From IMG/VR virus record IMGVR_UViG_3300042892_003815, positions 96,001 through 160,000 of that record: DNA of 64,000 nucleotides. The stretch is one strand, 5' to 3'. The number at the start of each line of letters is the position of its first letter. Positions within the stretch are counted from its first letter, which is position 1. The position numbers and the translations under genes are program-made. Under the pieces are notes generated by a model that saw nothing but the letters and a program-made list of their open reading frames with translations, made no database searches and had not been told where the DNA came from. Shown here piece by piece: positions 20,458 through 29,216 of the stretch. The DNA is from a virus.

Positions 20458-21145
20458 CTATAGTTGTTACATCACTTCTATGGAAATGTCCGTAATAATG
20501 ATGTGTAACATTATTATACATCTTAATAGTCTGAAAAGCCAAAGTAATCAATCTTCTTTCATCCAAAAGATCCATTTTTAATGCAGGGTCTCCCGCAATA
20601 AATTGGTCTACAAAACTACCAAATCCATTACCATTATCTGGAGGACAGTAATCTGGTGCATTGTGAGTAACTACGATATTAATATCTCGTAAATCAACTA
20701 ACTTATTATCTTCCCAATTAAAGATTTCATCTGGCCACCAACTTTCATTACCTGTTTTGATGTCATATCTACCAATCGCTTGATTCTTAGTTTTACGCAT
20801 TTTACGGTCGATACTTACTGCACCACCAATACATAAGATATTTTTACCTTCTAAGTTAAGAACAGTATAATCTTTTACTAGTTTGATGTTAGTAAATCCA
20901 AATGGATCATTATCAAAGTAAGGTTTGTAATCGTGATTACCACGAATTGCATATAATATAACATTTCTTTTTACAAGTTCAGTGTGTGTAAATTCTAATG
21001 TACGTTTTTCTTTTAATAGTCCATTAAATCCTACACCAAAGTCACCTACTTGAATTATGTAAGCATCCTTAATATCAAATCGTTTAAGATATTGATTTAT
21101 TAAGTTAAAGCTTCCGTGGATATCGCCCAAATATAGGATTCTCAT
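20393..21145 (-). CDS. Calcineurin-like metallophosphoesterase
   Basis: GDIHG, GDFG, GNHD, THNAP, YGHFH motifs. Confidence 0.88.
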   Translation of the reverse strand: MRILYLGDIHGSFNLINQYLKRFDIKDAYIIQVGDFGVGFNGLLKEKRTLEFTHTELVKRNVILYAIRGNHDYKPYFDNDPFGFTNIKLVKDYTVLNLEGKNILCIGGAVSIDRKMRKTKNQAIGRYDIKTGNESWWPDEIFNWEDNKLVDLRDINIVVTHNAPDYCPPDNGNGFGSFVDQFIAGDPALKMDLLDERRLITLAFQTIKMYNNVTHHYYGHFHRSDVTTIDGVQHRVLGVGELWEENDYEE

Positions 21146-21171
21146 TAGTTCTAATTATTTTTTATTATCTA

Positions 21172-21179
21172 CAAAGATA
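21172..21179 (-). promoter_or_regulatory. Bacteroidota housekeeping-sigma -7 element (TATCTTTG)
   Basis: Matches TAnnTTTG, 26 nt upstream of the phosphoesterase start. Confidence 0.6.
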
Positions 21180-21256
21180 CAATTATTATTCGTAAAAACA
21201 ACAATAAACTTATAATATTTAATATATATAAGGTTGTAAAAAATATAATAAAAATA

Positions 21257-21628
21257 ATGGAACATAAAGAAGATTCAGTAACTCTGAAGTTTTTAAAAGA
21301 CACTCTTAAAAAAGGTACTGACTTCGCACAAGAATTTTGGGATGGTACTAAAAGAGAAGCTACTGAAACTAAAATTTCGATTCTAATCATCAGAAAAATG
21401 ATTCAAGATAAAGAAGTAACCGACGGTGAAATTAAGTTCTTAAAAGAGCACTCAATAGATTTGGTGAAGCTTGTGCCATTAGTTCTAATCTCTGGAATTC
21501 CTATCCCAGTTCCTATCACACCATTATTGATTGCGTTAGGTAAAAAATATGGATTTGATTTTCTTCCAAAAGATAATAGACATTGGTTAGAAGATACTAA
21601 GATTAAAGGTAAAGAAAAAGATATTTAA
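21257..21628 (+). CDS. Small membrane-associated protein, possibly LETM1-like
   Basis: DLVKLVPLVLISGIPIPVPITPLLIAL...FLPK hydrophobic, Pro-rich segment. Confidence 0.45.
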   Translation: MEHKEDSVTLKFLKDTLKKGTDFAQEFWDGTKREATETKISILIIRKMIQDKEVTDGEIKFLKEHSIDLVKLVPLVLISGIPIPVPITPLLIALGKKYGFDFLPKDNRHWLEDTKIKGKEKDI

Positions 21629-22608
21629 TCTATAAATTTTATCTTTTCTAATCTATCTAACCAACCAGCTCCATGTCTTTTAAAAGTTCTAGCTTCTTTA
21701 TATCTAGATTCACGATACTTTTTAATAGAATCGAATAATTTACTTTGTTCTAATGAATTAAGTTGTTTAATATAATCTCCTTCAAATGGATTTACATCAT
21801 CTGATATTTCAATGCCATTATCTCTTAAAACACTTCTCAAGATTGACTTCATTCCAGTAATTCCTTGATTTACACAACCATCATAAACAACATCTGCTAC
21901 TGATTGATTACAAAATCTTTCAATTTTTTGATCATCCCAGTATTGATTTTTATAAATATCTAGTGCGGTTTGATAAGATAAGTTCATCATATCTTCTTTT
22001 TTAGGTAGTTTACCTAAGTATTTCATTAAAACTGGTGCAGAAATACCGTATTTGCTACCAATAAATCTTTTTAATTCTTTACCACCCATTTCAAAATCTA
22101 CAAAGTTTCCAGTATCACCTCTATCATCTGAATAATCCCCTTCCGCGAGTGCAACTGCTTTTTGAGAAACTTCAAAAGAAGCTTTCTTAGTAACTTTCAC
22201 AAATTCTTTGACAATTTTGTCATCTACTTTATTATCTACTGCATTAACTAAATAACTAACCGAACAAAATAATAAGAATATACTAGCATAATTTATTAGA
22301 AGTTTTCTTCTAGTTCTTTCTGGTAAAAGTTTTATTTTATCTAATAGTTTATAAAAGTACTTTACTATCTGTTCTTTTGGTAGTTTAGACAGAAACGATT
22401 TTAGTTTATCTAATATTGGTGATGTTGTGTTTGAAGGTTTAGTTAAATCCCATTCAAAAGTAGGACTTACTTCTTCTACTGGTTTTTCAGTTTCCTTTTT
22501 CATATCCCAAGTAAATGTAGGACTAGGTTCGTCAGATTCTAATAATAAAAAAATATCATTTATTATAGATTCAAATAGAAAATCATTATATTTGTGTAAA
22601 TTATTCAT
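21625..22608 (-). CDS. GH108 lysozyme with capsid-targeting-like leader and a transmembrane segment
   Basis: EGDYSDDRGDTG...KYGIS...ALDIYKNQYWD...DGCVNQG...GWLDRL; leader MNNLHKYNDFLFES; hydrophobic YASIFLLFCSVSYLV. Confidence 0.8.
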   Translation of the reverse strand: MNNLHKYNDFLFESIINDIFLLLESDEPSPTFTWDMKKETEKPVEEVSPTFEWDLTKPSNTTSPILDKLKSFLSKLPKEQIVKYFYKLLDKIKLLPERTRRKLLINYASIFLLFCSVSYLVNAVDNKVDDKIVKEFVKVTKKASFEVSQKAVALAEGDYSDDRGDTGNFVDFEMGGKELKRFIGSKYGISAPVLMKYLGKLPKKEDMMNLSYQTALDIYKNQYWDDQKIERFCNQSVADVVYDGCVNQGITGMKSILRSVLRDNGIEISDDVNPFEGDYIKQLNSLEQSKLFDSIKKYRESRYKEARTFKRHGAGWLDRLEKIKFID

Positions 22609-22631
22609 AAACTATATATTAAAACTTTTAC

Positions 22632-23240
22632 ATGAAAAGATTATTATTATTTCCATTTACTCTTATTTATAATACCGTAAAAACAAATATTATAAAAACA
22701 ATTTTTGTAACACTTGCAATTACCGGATTTTATTTTTCACAACGATATACTGAGGATATACATTCAACAAAAACTGCAGACTTTGTAATAAAAGATGGTG
22801 TGAATTATACCTACTTTTTTGCAAAAACTAATGATGGTGAATACTCATCTATGACAACTAAAATTCCTTTAAAGAATAATACTTATAATTATACTGAAAC
22901 ACAAGATGGTTACTACGGATTTCAAGCACTTGGTTGGATATCTGTTATTGTTTTAGTAATTGGATTCTTTGTGGGACTAAGTGATGAAGAGTTATCTTGG
23001 GAATTTGATGAATGTTTAGAGAAATCTTTATCCTTTTTAATCATTTGTGAGATAGAAGATGATAAATTTTATTACATGGCACTTGGTAGATTAGTTAGAA
23101 AATCTGATAGACAATTAAATGGTGGTTATCATAGTATAACAAGAGAATTGAATATTCGTAGTTTTAGTGATATTTTAAATTGTCCTAAGTTTAAAACAAG
23201 ATCCCAAAAAAGAGGTGAATTATTAGATAAATTAGTATAA
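22632..23240 (+). CDS. Hypothetical membrane protein (two predicted TM helices)
   Basis: Hydrophobic segments IFVTLAITGFYF and ALGWISVIVLVIGFFVGL. Confidence 0.65.
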   Translation: MKRLLLFPFTLIYNTVKTNIIKTIFVTLAITGFYFSQRYTEDIHSTKTADFVIKDGVNYTYFFAKTNDGEYSSMTTKIPLKNNTYNYTETQDGYYGFQALGWISVIVLVIGFFVGLSDEELSWEFDECLEKSLSFLIICEIEDDKFYYMALGRLVRKSDRQLNGGYHSITRELNIRSFSDILNCPKFKTRSQKRGELLDKLV

Positions 23241-23265
23241 AAAAGTCCCAAATTGGGACTTTTTT
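23239..23265. terminator. Bidirectional intrinsic terminator
   Basis: AAAAAAGTCCCA-AAT-TGGGACTTTTTT. Confidence 0.85.
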
Positions 23266-23725
23266 ATTTATTGTAGTTTTTCAAAAGATCAACTAATCTG
23301 TGTAATGTTTCATCATCTAGTGAATACCAACCTTCATCATTTGTTATCTCTTTAATATCTTTACCAAGTTGTTCTTTATCAACCCCATCTTCACAAAGCC
23401 AGTGGTATAGTTCCACACACTCAGTTGCTAAATCAAATTGATTATATCCAGTAGCTTCATCTACACTATTAGTTTCTTCTTCTTTTAAATCTCTTAAATC
23501 AGATACTTGACTAGGTTTTCCTTTTTTTCTTCTTCTTTTGATTGGATCTCCTGAACCTAATCCAAATCCAATGTCACCTGATCCACTTGATCCAGGTACA
23601 CCCGGTAATGGACCAACTTGTGCAGAAACAACGGCACCCATTCCCGCAGTATTTGAAGCATTTGCAGTAGCTACCCCACCACCTTCATCTTCAAAAAACT
23701 TTTGATATAATTTTAAATATTTCAT
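23264..23725 (-). CDS. Hypothetical protein with capsid-targeting-like leader (start re-assigned to 23725)
   Basis: MKYLKLYQKFFED directly after AATATATA; Gly-rich N-half. Confidence 0.7.
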   Translation of the reverse strand: MKYLKLYQKFFEDEGGGVATANASNTAGMGAVVSAQVGPLPGVPGSSGSGDIGFGLGSGDPIKRRRKKGKPSQVSDLRDLKEEETNSVDEATGYNQFDLATECVELYHWLCEDGVDKEQLGKDIKEITNDEGWYSLDDETLHRLVDLLKNYNK

Positions 23726-23749
23726 AGTATATATATTAAATAAAAAAAC

Positions 23750-23757
23750 TACATTTG
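23750..23757 (+). promoter_or_regulatory. Bacteroidota -7 element (TACATTTG)
   Basis: TAnnTTTG 4 nt before the ATG at 23762. Confidence 0.5.
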
Positions 23758-23761
23758 TATC

Positions 23762-24109
23762 ATGCAATTAAAAATTAATAGATTATCTTATCAAAAGTTA
23801 TGTGTACATAACACTGTTGAAATCAAGTGTGGGGATAAACACATTGGTTTCTATGATATTAGTACAATATATAAAATAGAAGATGATAACTCTTTAAGAA
23901 TGAAATACTCTGATCGATTTATAATTAAATTAAGTAATATCTATGGAATAAAGAAAAAATTTATTCATATGAAATTAGAAAATTTTGACATAACACTTGA
24001 AAACATTGACTATCAAAATACTAAGATTATTTATGAGATAGAATTTAATGATAAAAATTGGTTCATAAAATACAATAGAGACCTGATAATCAAACAATTA
24101 CTTAATTAG
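23762..24109 (+). CDS. Hypothetical protein
   Basis: 115-aa ORF ending RDLIIKQLLN. Confidence 0.6.
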   Translation: MQLKINRLSYQKLCVHNTVEIKCGDKHIGFYDISTIYKIEDDNSLRMKYSDRFIIKLSNIYGIKKKFIHMKLENFDITLENIDYQNTKIIYEIEFNDKNWFIKYNRDLIIKQLLN

Positions 24110-24163
24110 TAGGAAAAATTCAATATTTTCTTTTAATATATAAAAGAAAAAATATTGAAAGTT

Positions 24164-24976
24164 ATGTTATTAAAAGTAGGTTCAAAAGGGGATGATGTTA
24201 AGAAACTCCAAGAAAAATTAGGTACTTCGGCAGATGGTAATTTTGGTCCAGGTACGGAAAAATTAGTAAAAGAATGGCAAACCGCAAATGGTTTAACTGC
24301 AGATGGCCTTGTTGGAGATGGAACTTGGACAAAGATGTTCGGTTCAGCACCAGTAGCAGCACCAGTTGTATCAGGTTCACTTAAATTAGAGAAATTAAAA
24401 GGACATATTCCTGATTCAGTAATCGCACAAATTCCAGATACTGCTGCAAAATTTGGTATTACTACAAATTTAAGATTGGCTCACTTTTTATCACAATGTG
24501 GTCATGAGTCAGGTGGTTTCAAAGCAGTTTCTGAAAACTTAAACTACTCAGCAGATGGTTTAGTAAAAATCTTTGGTAAATACTTTAATTCTACTACTGC
24601 AGCTGGTTATGCTAGAAATCCAGAAAAAATTGCTTCTAAAGTTTATGCATCAAGAATGGGTAATGGTAATGAAGCTTCAAAAGAAGGTTTTAAATTTAGA
24701 GGTAGAGGTTATATACAATTAACTGGTAAAGAAAACTATACAAAATTTGGTAAATTTATTGGAGAAGATATTGCTTCAAATCCAGATTTAGTTGCAACTA
24801 AATATCCTTTAGCTTCTGCGGCATTCTTCTTTAACTCTAATGGTCTTTGGGCTATTTGTGATAAAGGTGCAGACGACGCAACAGTTACTTCAGTAACAAA
24901 AAGGGTAAATGGTGGTACTATTGGTCTAGCAGATAGAATCAAACACTTCAAAGAGTATTATAATTTATTAAAATAA
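24164..24976 (+). CDS. Endolysin: peptidoglycan-binding domain plus GH19 catalytic domain
   Basis: LKVGSKGDDVKKLQEKLG..ADG.FGP.TE..VK.WQ..NGL.ADG.VG..T (PG_binding_1); LAHFLSQCGHESGGF, FRGRGYIQLTGK.NY, VTKRVNGG (GH19). ATG at 24164 preferred over TTG at 24155. Confidence 0.92.
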   Translation: MLLKVGSKGDDVKKLQEKLGTSADGNFGPGTEKLVKEWQTANGLTADGLVGDGTWTKMFGSAPVAAPVVSGSLKLEKLKGHIPDSVIAQIPDTAAKFGITTNLRLAHFLSQCGHESGGFKAVSENLNYSADGLVKIFGKYFNSTTAAGYARNPEKIASKVYASRMGNGNEASKEGFKFRGRGYIQLTGKENYTKFGKFIGEDIASNPDLVATKYPLASAAFFFNSNGLWAICDKGADDATVTSVTKRVNGGTIGLADRIKHFKEYYNLLK

Positions 24977-24980
24977 TAAC

Positions 24981-25010
24981 AAAAAAGTCGAGTAAATCTC
25001 GACTTTTTTT
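24981..25010. terminator. Bidirectional intrinsic terminator
   Basis: AAAAAAGTCGAG-TAAAT-CTCGACTTTTTTT. Confidence 0.85.
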
Positions 25011-25683
25011 ATTGTAATAACTTCTCTAGTTTTGCATTTCTCATAATACATTCATATCCAACAATAGAAACCTTAGATATAGAATCCATCATCTTTTGTT
25101 TATTAAAAAATCCATTATAAATACTTACATTACTATCACTACTATAAATAATTTTTACAAATAAATTAGGTTGTAATCTAACTATAAATTTCTCTATAAA
25201 TTTGTTATCTTCATCACGTATTTCAATATAAAATGATTGTTCATATTCAGCACCATAGTTAAATTGTGATTTAGTAAATCCTAATTTATCTAAATACTCG
25301 ATTACTAAATCTAGTTTCTTATATCTACAGGTAAGTTTTGTTTCTGTATCATAATATGAAAACCTTGAAGGTAGGTCATTAAAGAAGTTTTCATCACCAA
25401 TATGATAAGTTTCTTTATACTTTTCTAATTCCTGATCTAATTCACCAGTTAAATAAGCTAGTTTCTCTTCTCTTGAAGAAGAATTAGATACAACTTTTGT
25501 GGTTATTTTACCATCGAATATAAAATAAGTTTCTCCAGTTAGTTTTGAGACATCTTCACATCTATCAATTAGTTCCTGTGGAATCTCTTCTTTCTCATAA
25601 ATAAAGTATGTTTCTTTATTTTCTTCTATTTGTGGTTCATCTTCATCAATGAATCCGATACCTCTACCTTGTATTATTTTCAT
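25009..25683 (-). CDS. Hypothetical protein (start re-assigned to MKIIQGRG)
   Basis: The upstream extension in the ORF track is intergenic AT-rich sequence; protein ends RNAKLEKLLQ. Confidence 0.6.
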   Translation of the reverse strand: MKIIQGRGIGFIDEDEPQIEENKETYFIYEKEEIPQELIDRCEDVSKLTGETYFIFDGKITTKVVSNSSSREEKLAYLTGELDQELEKYKETYHIGDENFFNDLPSRFSYYDTETKLTCRYKKLDLVIEYLDKLGFTKSQFNYGAEYEQSFYIEIRDEDNKFIEKFIVRLQPNLFVKIIYSSDSNVSIYNGFFNKQKMMDSISKVSIVGYECIMRNAKLEKLLQ

Positions 25684-25755
25684 AACTATTATATGATAAA
25701 TAAAAAAAAAGGTTTTTAGAATATAATATATAATTAAGTAAAAAAAGATATAGAT

Positions 25756-26097
25756 ATGAAACACTTAAAAACATTTGAATCACATTCAACAAATGAGGAA
25801 TTGAATCTTAAAAATGTAGCACTTGGTGCTGTTATGGCTTTAGCAACTGCTTGTCACAGTGGACATGTAGAAGGTGAGGCATCTGAACAATATAGTGGAG
25901 ATTTAATGGTTAAAAGAATTGAGATGGGTGGTGGTAAACATAACTACTTTAATGTACATGGTAAAGATTCTCATGGAAAAGAAGTAGAATTCTCTACAGA
26001 CAATCTTACTTTTAATGTAGGAGATTCAATACACGTAGATTTTGAGAAACAAGAAGCTTATCCTTTAGATGATAAAGAAAATATTGCACCGTTTTAA
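25756..26097 (+). CDS. Small protein: capsid-targeting-like leader followed by lipoprotein-signal-like segment
   Basis: MKHLKTFESHSTNEE then LNLKNVALGAVMALATAC. Confidence 0.7.
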   Translation: MKHLKTFESHSTNEELNLKNVALGAVMALATACHSGHVEGEASEQYSGDLMVKRIEMGGGKHNYFNVHGKDSHGKEVEFSTDNLTFNVGDSIHVDFEKQEAYPLDDKENIAPF

Positions 26098-26192
26098 CAA
26101 AAAAAAACAAACTATCTTTCGGGAGAATAATAAAAGTGATATTTTTCACTTTTAAAATATAATATATAATTAAACAAAAAAATAAGAATACT

Positions 26193-26873
26193 ATGAGATA
26201 TTTAAAAACGTTTGAATCACACTCGATAAATGAAGAAGAAGGTTCAATAAGAAAATTTTTTACTGGCCATGCTAATAAAGCAGAAGAGGTTGGTACTATG
26301 AAGACATTCTTGACAGAATTAGAAGCTTTTGAGAAAGAAGCTGAGAGCGATGATAGAATGGTATTCAACAAAGAAGCACTAAAAGCCAAAGCCAAAGCTA
26401 ATGGATACAAAGGTCATTTGAAAGAAATCCAAAGTCAATCTGATGGTAAATGGTATGTTACATATATACTAGGACGTACTGATATGGAAGAATTGGCAAA
26501 AGGAGCTTCTCGTAGATATGAGTCAACTGAAGATGAGTCAACTGAAGATGAATCAAATATAGTAAATGAAGAAGAAGGTTCGATAAGAAAATTTTTTACT
26601 GGACATGCCGATAAAGCAGAAGAAGTTGGTACTATGAAGACATTCTTAACAGAATTAGAAGCTTTTGAAAAAGAAGCACAAACTGACGATAGAATGGTAT
26701 TCAACAAAGAAGCACTAAAAGCTAAAGCCAAAGCTAATGGTTATAAAGGTAGATTAAGAGAAATCCAAAGTCAATCTGATGGTAAATGGTATGTTACATA
26801 CATTACTGGTACATCTGATTTCCAAAAATTTGCTAAAGGAGCTGCTCATAGAAGAGATAATCCACTAGGATAA
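26193..26873 (+). CDS. Internally duplicated protein (two ~100-aa units, 112-aa period) with capsid-targeting-like leader
   Basis: NEEEGSIRKFFTGHA...DGKWYVTYI occurs twice; DNA repeat offset is 336 nt. Confidence 0.8.
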   Translation: MRYLKTFESHSINEEEGSIRKFFTGHANKAEEVGTMKTFLTELEAFEKEAESDDRMVFNKEALKAKAKANGYKGHLKEIQSQSDGKWYVTYILGRTDMEELAKGASRRYESTEDESTEDESNIVNEEEGSIRKFFTGHADKAEEVGTMKTFLTELEAFEKEAQTDDRMVFNKEALKAKAKANGYKGRLREIQSQSDGKWYVTYITGTSDFQKFAKGAAHRRDNPLG

Positions 26874-26935
26874 GAAACTTCTTACATTTTTTTTATAATA
26901 TATACTGATGGAGTAAATCCGTCAACCAATGAAAC

Positions 26936-26972
26936 AAAAAAGTCTCACATCTATTTAGAGTGAGACTTTTTT
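26936..26972. terminator. Bidirectional intrinsic terminator
   Basis: AAAAAAGTCTCAC...GTGAGACTTTTTT. Confidence 0.8.
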
Positions 26973-27376
26973 AATACTTCTTTATCTATCTTATCTAGTG
27001 AGTCAATTCCATTTTCGATAATTTTATCTAGAATATCATCTACTGAGGTATTATCTAATCGAAAATCGGTAAATAATTTTGGAGTAACTTCTTTAACTTC
27101 TGGATATATTTTTGCTATTTCACCAGAAATAACTTTATCAGTGACATCTGTTTTTGTAAATTCAAAGTATTTAGACAAAACTGCAGTTATTTTATCTACC
27201 TTATAATCAGGTAATCTAACAAAAATATCGTCATCATTTGTAAATCCTAAATATTCTACATCATCCTCATCTAAACAATTTGATAAATCTTCATATATAG
27301 GATGATTATCATTACTATCTATATCAAATTCTTTAACATTTTCACTAACTATCTTTAAAAAGTAAATCTTGTTCAT
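26951..27376 (-). CDS. Hypothetical protein with C-terminal DUF6576-like motif
   Basis: VDDILDKIIENGIDSLDKIDKEVL resembles the D.ILDKI...G..SL...EK..L motif on Bacteroidota rhomboid C-termini. Confidence 0.6.
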   Translation of the reverse strand: MNKIYFLKIVSENVKEFDIDSNDNHPIYEDLSNCLDEDDVEYLGFTNDDDIFVRLPDYKVDKITAVLSKYFEFTKTDVTDKVISGEIAKIYPEVKEVTPKLFTDFRLDNTSVDDILDKIIENGIDSLDKIDKEVLKKSHSK

Positions 27377-27402
27377 ATGTGTTTATTTGTTTGTTTGTTT
27401 TA

Positions 27403-27433
27403 CAAATATACGAAAAATAATTTAAGTACCAAA
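27403..27433 (-). promoter_or_regulatory. Bacteroidota promoter TTTG-N19-TATATTTG
   Basis: -33 TTTG (27430-27433) and -7 TATATTTG (27403-27410) with canonical spacing. Confidence 0.7.
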
Positions 27434-27489
27434 CTAATCATAACTTTTTTCATAAAAAGATATATAAAATAAAAATAGACGGAAATAAC

Positions 27490-29016
27490 ATGCTGGTAGA
27501 AACACAATATTTAACAAATACAAAGAAATTAGTAGTAAGCTACGTAGATAAGTCGGGCGATATAAAGTTGAAGTATTACAACTGGGACACCCCAATGAAA
27601 TATGTATCTTGTGAAGATACAGATCCACAAAAACATGCCGAATTCAAGTCTTGGGACGGAAAATCAGTAAAACAAATCGAAGTAAATCATCCTGATAGAT
27701 ATGCAGTCTATGAGTTTTTAGATTCACTTCCAGAAAAAGAAAAAACAGAAATATTTGAGTTTAACTTACCAAAGATATTCTTTATAGATATTGAAACCGA
27801 AATCGTTGATGGTTTTCCAGAAGCCGCTGATATTAAAGATGCTGATGGAAATATCACAAAAGAAGGTGCTTGTACACAAGTTCTTTCTATATCAATAGTT
27901 TATGATGATAAGATTATACTTCTTGGTTTAAAAGACATGCCAGAAGATATGCAAAATAGAATTTGTGATAATACAAATAAATACTTTGAGAAATTTGGCA
28001 CAGAATATAAATTCAAATATGTTAAATATGACGATGAATTTGATATGCTTTATGCTTTCTTCAATAATATGATACCAAAGATGCCAATTTTAACTGGTTG
28101 GAACTTCTTAAACTATGACTGGGTTTACCTAGTAAATAGAAGTAGAAAAATATCTAAATGGGCAAATGGTAAAGAATATAAAATCGATCCAGCAGTTTCA
28201 TCACCACTAAAGAGAATAAATAAAATGTGGGGTACAGAATATGAAGTACCTGCACATAGAATGATCTTTGATTATATGCAATTATATGAAATCTGTGATA
28301 CTTCTATTAAAGTAAAAGAATCATCATCATTAGACTTTGTTGCCAATAAGTTGGTCGGGGTTGAAAAGATTAAGTACAATGGTTCACTACAAAAACTTTA
28401 TGAAGATGATTTTGAAACATTTATGTATTATAACGCAGTCGATTCCGTACTTGTGCAGAAAATACATGAGTCAAGAAATTATATCTCAATCATTTATGCG
28501 ATTTCATCATTGGCAAAAATTAGAATTGTCGATGTAGTGTCTCAAATGAATAACGCGTTAGGTTCACTTGCAATTACAGAAGGAGTTTTAAGAAATCGTT
28601 TTAGAGAGATGGATAACATTGTACTCTTCAAAGAAGATAGAGGAGATGGTGACTCTACAATTGCAGGTGGTTGGGTCAAAGATCCTATTGTAGGAATGAA
28701 TAGATGGGTAGTTATTTATGACTTTGCATCACTATATCCGACAACTCAAAGACAATTCTTTATTGCACCAGAAACATTTGTTGGAGTTCAAAATGAAAAG
28801 GATAAAGGTTTCTGTGATAATGGTAGACCTATTGATTTAGAGAAACATGTAGTCTGTGTAAATGGGGTAGTATTTGAGAAGAGATTATCACCAACACTTA
28901 GAATGCTCGAAGATGTGTATGCAGATAGAAAGTTTAACAAAAAGATTATGATGAATAAGAAGGATGAACTAAAAGCAGTAATGGATCAAATAAAAGAACT
29001 TGAAGCAGAGTTATAA
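27490..29016 (+). CDS. polB: Family B DNA polymerase, N-terminal half (3'-5' exonuclease, motif A, first fingers helix) of a split gp43-like enzyme
   Basis: FIDIETE (ExoI), GWNFLNYD (ExoII), YNAVDS (ExoIII), YDFASLYP (motif A). Ends at TAA plus terminator before motif B (KxxxNSxYG) and motif C. Confidence 0.88.
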   Translation: MLVETQYLTNTKKLVVSYVDKSGDIKLKYYNWDTPMKYVSCEDTDPQKHAEFKSWDGKSVKQIEVNHPDRYAVYEFLDSLPEKEKTEIFEFNLPKIFFIDIETEIVDGFPEAADIKDADGNITKEGACTQVLSISIVYDDKIILLGLKDMPEDMQNRICDNTNKYFEKFGTEYKFKYVKYDDEFDMLYAFFNNMIPKMPILTGWNFLNYDWVYLVNRSRKISKWANGKEYKIDPAVSSPLKRINKMWGTEYEVPAHRMIFDYMQLYEICDTSIKVKESSSLDFVANKLVGVEKIKYNGSLQKLYEDDFETFMYYNAVDSVLVQKIHESRNYISIIYAISSLAKIRIVDVVSQMNNALGSLAITEGVLRNRFREMDNIVLFKEDRGDGDSTIAGGWVKDPIVGMNRWVVIYDFASLYPTTQRQFFIAPETFVGVQNEKDKGFCDNGRPIDLEKHVVCVNGVVFEKRLSPTLRMLEDVYADRKFNKKIMMNKKDELKAVMDQIKELEAEL

Positions 29017-29044
29017 AAAAACCCTCATATATGAGGGTTTTTTT
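29015..29044. terminator. Bidirectional intrinsic terminator
   Basis: AAAAAAACCCTCAT-AT-ATGAGGGTTTTTTT. Confidence 0.85.
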
Positions 29045-29216
29045 ATTTTAATGAATCAAGATGTTGAGTAAAGTATTGCCCAAATTTCTCAATACAAAGA
29101 TCATAGATTTCAAATTCATTTGAAAGGCCGTTTTCCAATAATTCATCAATAAAGTTAAAAATTTCATCTGTTGTTGTGTAAACAGAAAATTCGTCGTGGT
29201 GTAAGATATGTTCCAT
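29043..29216 (-). CDS. Small acidic hypothetical protein (57 aa; not in ORF track)
   Basis: Manual translation MEHILHHDEFSVYTTTDEIFNFIDELLENGLSNEFEIYDLCIEKFGQYFTQHLDSLK, ending at the terminator. Confidence 0.55.
   Translation of the reverse strand: MEHILHHDEFSVYTTTDEIFNFIDELLENGLSNEFEIYDLCIEKFGQYFTQHLDSLK

Noticed and set aside
25684-25764. ORF-track N-terminal extensions (25684-25764; also 23726-23767, 56323-56349, 57604-57636)
   Set aside because: They run through AT-rich promoter DNA; downstream ATGs fit the promoter positions and leader motifs.
26905-26935. Hammerhead ribozyme (CTGATG...GAAAC)
   Set aside because: The core needs CUGANGA; here it is CTGATGG, sequestered in a simple hairpin, and no stems I/III or NUH site were found.
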